From Gammaproteobacteria bacterium (GTDB lineage Bacteria; Pseudomonadota; Gammaproteobacteria; Magnimaribacterales; D2472): a stretch of 64,000 nucleotides of DNA. Numbering within the stretch: position 1 is the stretch's first letter; each line of letters starts with the position of its first letter. The notes beneath the pieces were generated by a model, which was given only the letters and a program-made list of their open reading frames with translations, was not told the origin of the DNA and did no database searches. Below, in pieces: positions 1 to 8,983 of the stretch. The position numbers and the translations under genes are program-made. The stretch is from contig JAYQIX010000006.1 of assembly GCA_038141865.1 (NCBI GenBank), positions 20,532 to 84,531 on the forward strand. Direction: 5' to 3'.

Positions 1-630
1 TTGACCAAAAAAGAAAAGTCTGAAGAAGATGGCTTATCTCCCAGCAAGAAAGGACTTATTGATAAATGCGCTTCCATTAACTGCAAAAACCTTTTATAGC
101 TTAAATCAATAAGTTCAGCAGTCTCATCATTTGAGCCAACAACCCACAATCTTTCTATCTGCCTATTAGCAAAAAATTCTTTATATTTAGCATGCAATGC
201 ATCTTGGAGTATTTATTCCCATTTCAACCAAAGGAAGAATTGTTCCGGCAACATCAGCATCTTCTTCAAAGTACCATCTATAGTGAAACATATATTTTGT
301 TACCCATTCATCTCCAAAATCTTCAAGCAAATAATTTATAAAAGCCAGAGCAGGATCCTCTGGGATTATTTTTCTATTTGGATATTCATTTTCTAACCTT
401 CTTATTATTGGAGTAGAGTCAGTAGTTGCAACAAGCTCATCGTTAGCATCCTTTAATAAGATTGTTGGTAGTAAAATGGGTTTTGGTGGTTCAATACCAA
501 GCTTGGCAATTTTTCTAGCTATATCGCCAAAATATACCGTATAGGGAATATGTCTATATCTAAATACTGACAACATTTTTTGTGTATATGGAGAAGGGGT
601 TCCGCCAAACACTTTAATTTTTTCAGTCAT
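1..630 (-). CDS. Glutathione S-transferase family protein (runs off left edge; apparent frameshift near 205)
   Basis: N-terminal SPY motif, cis-Pro region and DSTPII; an alternative frame continues DALHAKYKEFFANRQIERLWVVGSN...PFLLGDKPSSSDFSFFGQ (GST C-terminal domain) to position 1. Confidence 0.85.
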
Positions 631-641
631 AGTTTTAGTTC

Positions 642-1739
642 CTATATTTTTACAATTATCCCCTCATTAGGATTTATGTCTCCAGCAATAAATCTTTCAT
701 ACGTTGAGAGAAAATTATTTATTCCATCAATTTCTTTAATAACCATCCAGTCAAGACTTTGAAGAGATCTTGCTTTCATAAACTCATTGGTTCTTTGACT
801 ATAGCCTTCGTAGCCCCAATCTTTGAATCTTTTTTGAATATGAGCAGGGGCAAAGAAAAACTCTGTTCTATCCCTTAACATTGCCTGACCTAATGCATCT
901 TCTGCTATAACCTCATTATCCCAATGAGTCATCCCAACTGTAAGACACTTGAGCATGTTGTCTCCAAGAGAACCATGGAGAGTTCCAAGAACTTCACGAC
1001 TTCCAGCCATATCAACCATTACAGTGCTTAGATCATTTCTAACAGATGATAGATCATCGTAAGTAACAATTTGATCATAACAATTTAGCTTCTCTACAAA
1101 AGCTAAATTTTTATGTGAAGTAATACCAACAACACTAGGAGTATTTGAGCTCTCTTTAAGTCCTTGGGCGACACCAATTGCAGTTTTGCTTGAAGCACTA
1201 ATAACAAGAATTTGATCAGCGCCATAAAAAGATTGATCTTCCATTGCATCGCATAAGCAAAAGGAGGTTATGTGCAGTGGGAATAGTAGTGACCTAATAT
1301 TATCAGTAGCATCATCATAATCAGGATCCCCTGAAAGTCTTACATAATTGTTATATACAGCAGGCAATTCTTTGCGGTGATCTTTGCCATCAGTAAAACC
1401 TTGATCAGTTATTTTTATGGGATTTAATTGCAGGCGATCTGATGGAGGAAAGTAACCAAATAATCTTTCTCCAATACTTATCTCTCTTAAGTTAGACTCT
1501 ATAACTCTTGCAAAACCCCATACCGGAACAGATCCCCAATTATTCTCTGGGTCCTTGGTAGTTTTAAAGAATTGCCAATATCCAATGGTATCTCCAGCAA
1601 CAGCATAAGTCACATTATTGGTAGTAAATGCAAAATTCTCTATAGAGACAATAATTTCATTATTACCAATTTCTGGGTCTGACGACTCAACAATTCTAGT
1701 TGTAGTTATATCATTTTTTAGGGTTTGAAGTTGTTTCAA
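642..1739 (-). CDS. DUF2855 family protein (MDR/enoyl-reductase-like architecture)
   Basis: FAFTTNNVTYA, YWQFF, PVWGFA, SASSKTA, FFFAP motifs typical of DUF2855. Confidence 0.8.
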   Translation of the reverse strand: MKQLQTLKNDITTTRIVESSDPEIGNNEIIVSIENFAFTTNNVTYAVAGDTIGYWQFFKTTKDPENNWGSVPVWGFARVIESNLREISIGERLFGYFPPSDRLQLNPIKITDQGFTDGKDHRKELPAVYNNYVRLSGDPDYDDATDNIRSLLFPLHITSFCLCDAMEDQSFYGADQILVISASSKTAIGVAQGLKESSNTPSVVGITSHKNLAFVEKLNCYDQIVTYDDLSSVRNDLSTVMVDMAGSREVLGTLHGSLGDNMLKCLTVGMTHWDNEVIAEDALGQAMLRDRTEFFFAPAHIQKRFKDWGYEGYSQRTNEFMKARSLQSLDWMVIKEIDGINNFLSTYERFIAGDINPNEGIIVKI

Positions 1740-1741
1740 AG

Positions 1742-2164
1742 TTATTTTCCAGTTTCAATTGACTCAATGTTGAGTTGACCAGCAAGCCCAGCAACCCTAT
1801 GTTTATGACTTTCCATATATTCAGGACTTGTAATCATTTTAAGCATAGCTTTTTTACTTGGATATGTTGCTATAGCGACTGCATCCCATAACTCTTCAAT
1901 ATCACCAAGCATTAAGCGTGTAATTTCTGCACCAAAGATCCATTTACCTCCAACATTATTTAAGTGCTCTATCACTTCTTTGCCATATATTGCATATGCT
2001 TCTGCTCCAGTCAGACTAGTTTCTCTTCCATCTTCATATTCTGCTTTTTCTTTAAATTTCAGGAGGTTAATCATTGATATTGGCTTATCATCATTTCCTT
2101 CAAGAAATCCATCCATTTGTTCTTTTGTAGGGTGAACACTATTTTTAAATTTTTTATAGTCCAT
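1742..2164 (-). CDS. DUF1330 domain protein
   Basis: PISMINLLKF, G.EAY..Y, WDAVAIATYPS, Y.....HR.AGL motifs. Confidence 0.8.
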   Translation of the reverse strand: MDYKKFKNSVHPTKEQMDGFLEGNDDKPISMINLLKFKEKAEYEDGRETSLTGAEAYAIYGKEVIEHLNNVGGKWIFGAEITRLMLGDIEELWDAVAIATYPSKKAMLKMITSPEYMESHKHRVAGLAGQLNIESIETGK

Positions 2165-2166
2165 AA

Positions 2167-2781
2167 TTACTCTCCAAGAGTGATTGCTTTTTGAAATGCT
2201 GGCCTCGACTCAATATTACTTACATATTTTTTGATATGCTCCATTTCATTTGGAACACAGCCAAGTCTATTTGCCATAAAACATGAATGGCCCAGCATTA
2301 AATCTGCAGCAGAAAAGGCGCCTATCAAGTAATCTTTATCTGCAAGATTTTCATTAACAGGGGCCAAAGATTTAGTTAATAAATTTTGTGCTTGCTTTAA
2401 TACATTTTCATCCCTTCTATCTTGTGGCAACAAAATGGTCTGAACAACTATTTGATTCATTGGTGGCATAACCATTCCTTCACAATAATGAAACCATTGC
2501 AGATAGTAAGGAAAATTAATTGAACTTGATTCAGGTTTTAACCCGCCATCTTTGTAACGTTCAAGCACGTATTGAATAATAGCTCCAGATTCAAATATTG
2601 ATACATCTCCATCTTCTAACACTGGAACTCTGCCCAACGCATGTCTTGCTCTATGTTCTGGTGATTTAAGGCCTTCTTTTGTAAAGGGCATAATATTAAC
2701 TTCATACTCTAACCCCAATTCTTCTAGCAACCATATAATTCTCCCGGCTCTTGTGCCAGGAGTGAAATGAACCTTAAGCAT
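2167..2781 (-). CDS. Glutathione S-transferase (GTT1-like N-terminus)
   Basis: R..RIIWLLEELGL, LGRVPVLED, IFESGAI, YLIGAFSAAD. Confidence 0.92.
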   Translation of the reverse strand: MLKVHFTPGTRAGRIIWLLEELGLEYEVNIMPFTKEGLKSPEHRARHALGRVPVLEDGDVSIFESGAIIQYVLERYKDGGLKPESSSINFPYYLQWFHYCEGMVMPPMNQIVVQTILLPQDRRDENVLKQAQNLLTKSLAPVNENLADKDYLIGAFSAADLMLGHSCFMANRLGCVPNEMEHIKKYVSNIESRPAFQKAITLGE

Positions 2782-2794
2782 AAATTCCCCCTTT

Positions 2795-3478
2795 TTATTT
2801 TTTTACCATTTTTTGTGCATTTTTTATAAATTCTTTTTTATCCTTATCATTTTTTAAAATGCTCTCTCGATCAACTGGTACTTTAATGCCCTTGAGCATT
2901 CCAGGCTGTTCATACATTTTATTTTTCCAATTATCGAGATGTGTTAATCCCTCTATAGATACTCCTGACCAGTTATGTGTCCTAACCCAACACCAGTTTG
3001 CAATATCTGCAATTGAATACTCTCCTGCAATCCATTCATTAGTTGAAAGTTGTTTATCTAATACCTCAAAAAGCCTTCTAGATTCATTTTGATATCTATC
3101 AATTGCCGGTTGTATTTTTTCTGGGAAATATCTAAAAAAAACATTTGCTTGACCCATCATTGGCCCAATTCCTCCCATTTGAAACATTAGCCATTCAACA
3201 ACTTTAGCTCTTCCTTTCACATCATTTGGAATAAGTTTTCCAGCTTTTTCAGCAAGATAGAGCATAATTGCTCCTGATTCAAAAATTGATAGATCATCAT
3301 TATCTGTATCAACAATAGCCGGTATTCGACCATTAGGACTTATTTTAAGAAAATCTGATTTGAGCTGTTCGCCTTCAGCAAGATTAATTGCATGAACCTC
3401 ATATGGCATTTCTAATGCCTCAAGCAGACATGAAACCTTATGACCATTTGGAGTAGATGAAGTATATAGGTGAATCAT
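2795..3478 (-). CDS. Nu-class GST (YfcG/YghU-like glutathione-dependent oxidoreductase/lyase)
   Basis: [39 protein letters not shown]. Confidence 0.9.
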   Translation of the reverse strand: MIHLYTSSTPNGHKVSCLLEALEMPYEVHAINLAEGEQLKSDFLKISPNGRIPAIVDTDNDDLSIFESGAIMLYLAEKAGKLIPNDVKGRAKVVEWLMFQMGGIGPMMGQANVFFRYFPEKIQPAIDRYQNESRRLFEVLDKQLSTNEWIAGEYSIADIANWCWVRTHNWSGVSIEGLTHLDNWKNKMYEQPGMLKGIKVPVDRESILKNDKDKKEFIKNAQKMVKK

Positions 3479-3482
3479 ATAG

Positions 3483-4576
3483 TTATTCTTTTATGAAGTT
3501 TATTAATATCTTAGAAAGTTGCTTGGGTTTAGTCCATTGAAAAAAATGACCTCCGCCAATATGCTCAGCGCTCTTTGCATTTGGTGCCATTTTAAGAACG
3601 TCTTTTTCAATCCCATTTGTTACAGGATCATCACCTGCAAAAACAGAAAGAAAAGGTTTGTCACTTGTCCTAAAGAATTCTCTTGCTTCTTTTTGTGCAT
3701 TTAATGATTGGTCAGGAATTGTTGGAACTTGGCTTGGCATAGCCCTTGGCCCCATTTTGTAGGACGCATCAGGAAAGGGGGCTTCATATGCTTTCATCAG
3801 ATCATTATAAAAAGGCGAAATTTTCTCTAAACCGAGTCTTTGTAAGAGATAATGAATAGAAGCAGCAAGATTTGATTTAAAAGGCCTTCTCCATCATTGT
3901 TGAGTTGAGCATACCAATTGGCAAATTTTTAGTATCCCATGTAAATTTCTGCCAATACATAAATTTTGTAGCCATATGATTTCTTCTATTTTTCTCGCCA
4001 CTTAGACTGTTATCATCCATTTTTTTAATAACTTTCATCATTGAAAATAGAGTAATTTTTTTGTTAGATGCTCTAAATGCTTTCACTTCATCAATTACTT
4101 CCTGAGGAGTATTTGGATTATAAGGAAGCCCAGTGTTACCCATAGCTACTTTAACAAACCTATTTGGATCTGCAGCAATCATTCTTAAACCAATTAATCC
4201 TCCCCAATCTTGACCAAAAAAAGTAAGATTTTGAAAATCATTTTTTTTCAACCATGCCCCCATCCAGTCAACTTGATTTTGATATGAGTAATCCTCCCTA
4301 GCTGCAGGCTTATCTGATTTTCCATAACCTATTAAATCAGGAGCAATGACTCTTATGCCTGCTTCATTTAAAATGGGGATCATTCTTGAGTACAAATAAC
4401 TCCATACAGGCTGTCCATGCATTGCTAAGAGAATTGGGCCGTCTTCTAGGACCCTCATCTATATGATGAACCCTTAATTCAGTTCCATCTTTGGCTGTTA
4501 TATTTGTATATACAGGTTCATATGGATAGCCATTTAGATTTTCGAATTGTGAATCTGGAGTTCTTAGTACTTTCAT
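3483..4576 (-). CDS. Haloalkane dehalogenase family alpha/beta hydrolase (HLD-I/DhlA-like), split by two apparent frameshifts
   Basis: Three ORF pieces join: LRTPD..F..L.GYPY...HHIDEGP; [16 protein letters not shown] nucleophile elbow; [12 protein letters not shown] acid, GGGHFFQ catalytic His. Confidence 0.85.
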
Positions 4577-5206
4577 TTATATATCTCCGTTTGATTTCAT
4601 GCGAATAATAAGATCATCAAATTTATCCTGCCCAAAAAAATACTCATCCTTATAAACACAAAGAGGCACGCCATGATGTCCGGCTCCTAATTGATCTTCT
4701 TGGTTTTGTTTGATTTGCTCAATTAATGCGCCTTCATTATTTTTTATACTCTCTCTAATCTCATAAAGCTCAATTCAAATTCAGATAAAATTTCAACTAG
4801 ATGCTCGTTGTATTCCAATTTTTTACTGACCAAATTTTTGTTGAAAGCTTGTATGCAAACTCTAACCCAAAACCTCGGTTAGACATTTCTTGGCCCATGT
4901 GACATATATCATAGATATAAGGCTGATCTTTTGAAATTTTTCCAGTAAAAATATTTGTTTAATTGGATCAGGCTTAATTGGCCAATTTAAAGGCATATTT
5001 AAGTTGAGCCTTTTTCTTGAAAAATCTGACATCATAGACAGAAAGAAAAAAATATTTTTCTTATCAAACCATTCAGGCATCCTAATGGCTATTGGATAAC
5101 CAATTTAAAATTTATATTAATATTTGATTCATTTTTAAAGTTTCAACATTCTAGGAAGAATCAAATACGAATAAGGGCTTCTGTAAGAAAAATATAAGTC
5201 AATCAT
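4577..5206 (-). CDS. Kappa-class GST / 2-hydroxychromene-2-carboxylate isomerase (DsbA family), multiply frameshifted
   Basis: Manual translation: MIDLYFSYRSPYSYL at the start with AAGGAG RBS; GHHGVPLCVYKDEYFFGQDKF at the end; stop abuts the dehalogenase ATG. Confidence 0.8.
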
Positions 5207-5224
5207 TTTTAGCTCCTTTACACA

Positions 5225-6868
5225 TTAATTTGGCCAGAAGACTAATTCATCGCCTTCTTCATATTCCGTTTGCGGCTTATCTATTACAACTGGCATAAAA
5301 ACTGATTGAGGCCATGATGGCTCTGGTAGTGAATTAATATGCGTATTAAGTTTTTCATGCAACAAACTTTTCATCGCAATCTCAGTCATCGCAAGATTAT
5401 TTGATTCATAAGGGTCAACCTTAAGGTTATATAAGTACTCTCGCTCTTCAGGATATTTTGATCTCATTAATTTCCAATCTTTATGAATGATTGCTTGATA
5501 AGTTGCATTTTTCCAATAGAGGGTTTCATGAGGTTCGCCAATAATCTCATTAGTTAAATATGGAATTAGGTTTACACCATCAATTTTGATGTCTTTTGGA
5601 GGTGCGATATTTGCTGCGCCTAAAATAGTACTAAAAATATCAGTGTGGTGTATTCTTTTTTCATATTGCATATTTTGTTTTATCTTTGCAGGCCATTTTG
5701 CAAAGAAGGGTATATGCATTCCACCCTCAAAATGAGTAAGCTTCCATCCGCGATAGGGTTTATTAATATTATCAAGCCCTATATATCCAGCACCACCATT
5801 ATCAGATGCAAATATTATTAAAGTATTTTCAGTCAAACCATTTTCTTCTAAGGCACTTACAATTCCTCCTACAGATCTATCTAAAGCCTCAATCATTCCC
5901 GCATATACCTGAAGGTCATGATTTTTCATATCATGATGTTTTTCATAGTCTTTTTTTAAAGATTGAAGAGGATTGTGAGGTGCAAAATGTCCAAGATATA
6001 AAAAGAAAGGCCTATCTTTATTGTTATTAATTACTTTTATAGCTTCCTCAGTGTAGTAATCAGTTATATATCCACCAGGTTCGAATGGCTCACTTCCATT
6101 GAAGCTAGCTGCAAACTGAGATGATGCCCAAATCATATCTTCTACAGAAGAATCAATTTTTGCATTAACAATATCAGGATGGTTTTTTGGAAAATATAAA
6201 CTGCTATTAAGCATAAGGCTATCATCAAAGCCTTGATCATTGGGCCTCATCCCATCTGAAAATCCACCCAGATGCCATTTTCCAATATGTGCGGTGTAGT
6301 AACCATTCTCTTGAAGCATTTCTGCAATAGTTATTTCTTTATTCGGAAGGCCTCCAACAGTCAAACCAACTTCATCCCATTGAGTATCTTCTAGATTAAT
6401 AGTTGCAAGCTTCCCATCTCTTCTTAGGAGATTCATAATTCTTGCAGCTTGAGCAGGATAAGGAGTAAATTCAAATCCATATCTACTTGAATATCTTCCA
6501 GTCATTATCGCTGCTCTCGAAGGAGAACAAACTGGGCTAGCGGCATACCCATTTAGAAATGCAACACCTTCTCTTGCTAGGCTATCTATGTTTGGTGTTA
6601 ATAATGAGCCATCAGCTGCGCCACCGTTATAATAGGAAACATCATTAAAACCCAAATCATCAGCTAATATTAAAATAATATTTGGCCTGTCACTATTTTC
6701 ATTCAGATCTGCAACTGGCCATATTATTTCTCTATTCTCTGCAATAGGATTATTTATATTTATTGCAATAGGAAGAAGAGTAAGAGCAACCTCTCTTTTA
6801 AAATTCCATAAAAATAATACAACTAGTAAGCAGATTACTAAAAAGATTCTTAGCTTTCTTATTTTCAC
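5225..6868 (-). CDS. Formylglycine-dependent sulfatase with N-terminal membrane anchor/signal
   Basis: RPNIILILADDLG, CSPSRAAIMTGRY, GKWHLG, SDNGG. Confidence 0.93.
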   Translation of the reverse strand: MKIRKLRIFLVICLLVVLFLWNFKREVALTLLPIAININNPIAENREIIWPVADLNENSDRPNIILILADDLGFNDVSYYNGGAADGSLLTPNIDSLAREGVAFLNGYAASPVCSPSRAAIMTGRYSSRYGFEFTPYPAQAARIMNLLRRDGKLATINLEDTQWDEVGLTVGGLPNKEITIAEMLQENGYYTAHIGKWHLGGFSDGMRPNDQGFDDSLMLNSSLYFPKNHPDIVNAKIDSSVEDMIWASSQFAASFNGSEPFEPGGYITDYYTEEAIKVINNNKDRPFFLYLGHFAPHNPLQSLKKDYEKHHDMKNHDLQVYAGMIEALDRSVGGIVSALEENGLTENTLIIFASDNGGAGYIGLDNINKPYRGWKLTHFEGGMHIPFFAKWPAKIKQNMQYEKRIHHTDIFSTILGAANIAPPKDIKIDGVNLIPYLTNEIIGEPHETLYWKNATYQAIIHKDWKLMRSKYPEEREYLYNLKVDPYESNNLAMTEIAMKSLLHEKLNTHINSLPEPSWPQSVFMPVVIDKPQTEYEEGDELVFWPN

Positions 6869-8080
6869 TTAGCTGACAAAGATCTCATAGTTAATTTTGC
6901 CAATTGAGACATATGCACCTCATCAGGTCCATCAGCAATTCTGCAGAATCTACTTGTTGTAAAAATATGAGCCAATGGGGTGTCTTGACATACTCCCATG
7001 CCACCAAATATCTGAATTGCTCGACTTGAAACATCCTCACACATTTTAGGAGCTACAATTTTTAGCATAGAGATATAATCTCTTGCAGCGTCTATTCCGT
7101 ATTTATCCATTTTTTCTGCAGAAGCAAGAACTAACAAACGGCACTGTTCAATATCACATCTACTTCTTGCTATTTCATGTTGAACACTGGTTTTTTTACT
7201 TAATGCCTCACCGAAAGCAACTCTATTTTGAGCTCTCTCACACATTAACTCCAATGCTCTCTGCGCCATACCCACAAACATCATTGCATATTGGAATCTA
7301 CCAGGGCCCAATCTGCCTTGGGCAATTTCAAAACCCTTTCCTTCACCCAATATCAAATTAGATGCTGGAACACGAACATTCTTAAAAACCACATCACCTT
7401 CACCGCCAGGGGAATGATATTCACCAAATGCTCTAAGAGCTCTAGTTATCTCATCCTTCAGCATCAGTTGGAACTATTATTGTAGAGTGCTGTTGGTGTC
7501 TTGAATTCTCTGGATTAGATTTCCCCATCACAAGCATAAACTTACATTTGGTAGTAATGACATTTGTAGTCCACCATTTTTTCCCATTCAAAATATATTC
7601 GTCACCATCTCTGGTAATTTCTAGTTCCATATTTGTTGCATCTGAAGATGCTACATCAGGCTCAGTCATTGCATAAGCTGATCTAATTTCTCCAGCAAGT
7701 AATGGTTCAAGCCATTCTTTTTGTTGTTCAGGTGTACCATATTTTGCTAAAACTTCCATATTGCCCCTATCAGGAGCATTGCAGTTAAATATTTGTTGAG
7801 ACCATGCAGCTTTTGACATAGTTTCAAATAAACCTGCGATTTCAAGATTATTAAGACCTGGGCTCCAGGGTTTATATTCTTCTGGTAAAAATAGATTCCA
7901 TAAACCTTGCTTTCTAGCTTCTTCTTTTAATCCTTCATACCATTCAGGATATTGCCAAAGATTATCTTGGTTGCTGGTGAATTCATCGTAATCATGTTCA
8001 CGTGGGTAGATATGTTCCTCCATGAACCTCTCAAGCTTTTCATTTAATTCCTTTGCTCTCTCACTTACCTCAAAGCCCAT
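6865..8080 (-). CDS. Acyl-CoA dehydrogenase, ACAD10/11-FadE2-LvaC type (apparent frameshift near 7455)
   Basis: GLWNLFLP, FNCNAPDRGNMEVL, AMTEPDVASSDATN, AQGRLGPGR, RIADGPDEVH. Confidence 0.88.
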
Positions 8081-8123
8081 TATTTCCCCCTAAATATACT
8101 TTTAATTTAGTTTAACTTTTAAA

Positions 8124-8197
8124 TAACCTTTTTAAAGGTTAATTTCTTATAAGCAACTTTGCAAAATTGCTTTTCTTTAGTATTTTAAAAAGCAATT
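8124..8197. promoter_or_regulatory. Inverted repeats in the divergent promoter between the acyl-CoA dehydrogenase operon and the SDR
   Basis: TAACCTTT-TT-AAAGGTTA (8124-8141) and AAGCAACTTTGCAAAATTGCTT (8151-8172). Confidence 0.4.
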
Positions 8198-8225
8198 CAT
8201 AATTTCAAAAATGTATAATTGATTT

Positions 8226-8940
8226 ATGAAAAATGTTGCAATAATAGGATCTTCAGGAGCAATAGGAAGAGCATTTCTTGATGCATATATTCAAGATAAA
8301 AATATTTCAAATATTTACTCAATCTCAAGAACTGAAGTTAAGTCAAAAGATGAGCGTATTACCAATATAAATATAGATATAACAGATGAGGCTAGTGTTA
8401 AGGCTGCTGCATCCAAGATAGGAGATAATAGCCTTGATAGGCTTATTGTTGCAACTGGAATACTGCATACTGAATTATTTGGCCCAGAAAAGAGTATCAG
8501 AGATATAAAGATTGAAAATTTTATTCAAATTTTCTCAGTAAATACATTTGGCCCAGCATTAATTGGAAAATATTTTCTTCCTCTTATGACAAAAAATAAG
8601 AAAAGCGTAATAGCCTTTTTAAGTGCCAGAGTTGGAAGTATTTCAGATAATAAACTTGGAGGCTGGTATTCTTACAGAGCAAGTAAAAGCGCTCTTAATC
8701 AAATTATTAAAAATTTCAGCATCGAGGCAAAAAGAACGAACTCCTAGCGGGATTATTATTGGCCTTCAGCCAGGTACAGTTAAAAGTAAATTAAGCGAGC
8801 CATTCCAAAAAAACGTTAAAAAGGGTAAATTATTTCTTCCTGAGGATAGCGTTACCAATCTAACAAAGGTTGTTGAAACTGTTATGCAAAACGATAGCGG
8901 CAAAATGTTTGACTGGGAAGGTAAGGAAATTCGACCATAA
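8226..8940 (+). CDS. CsgA (C-factor)-like short-chain dehydrogenase/reductase (apparent frameshift near 8740)
   Basis: GSSGAIG Rossmann motif, SARVGSISDN.LGGWYSYRASK, then GLQPGTVKSKLSEPF in the shifted frame. Confidence 0.88.
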
Positions 8941-8972
8941 AAAAACCCGGTATAAAACCGGGTTTATTTTTT
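8938..8972. terminator. Bidirectional intrinsic terminator between the SDR and proteorhodopsin
   Basis: AAACCCGGT-ATAAA-ACCGGGTTT stem flanked by A and T tracts. Confidence 0.85.
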
Positions 8973-8983
8973 AACTTAATAAA

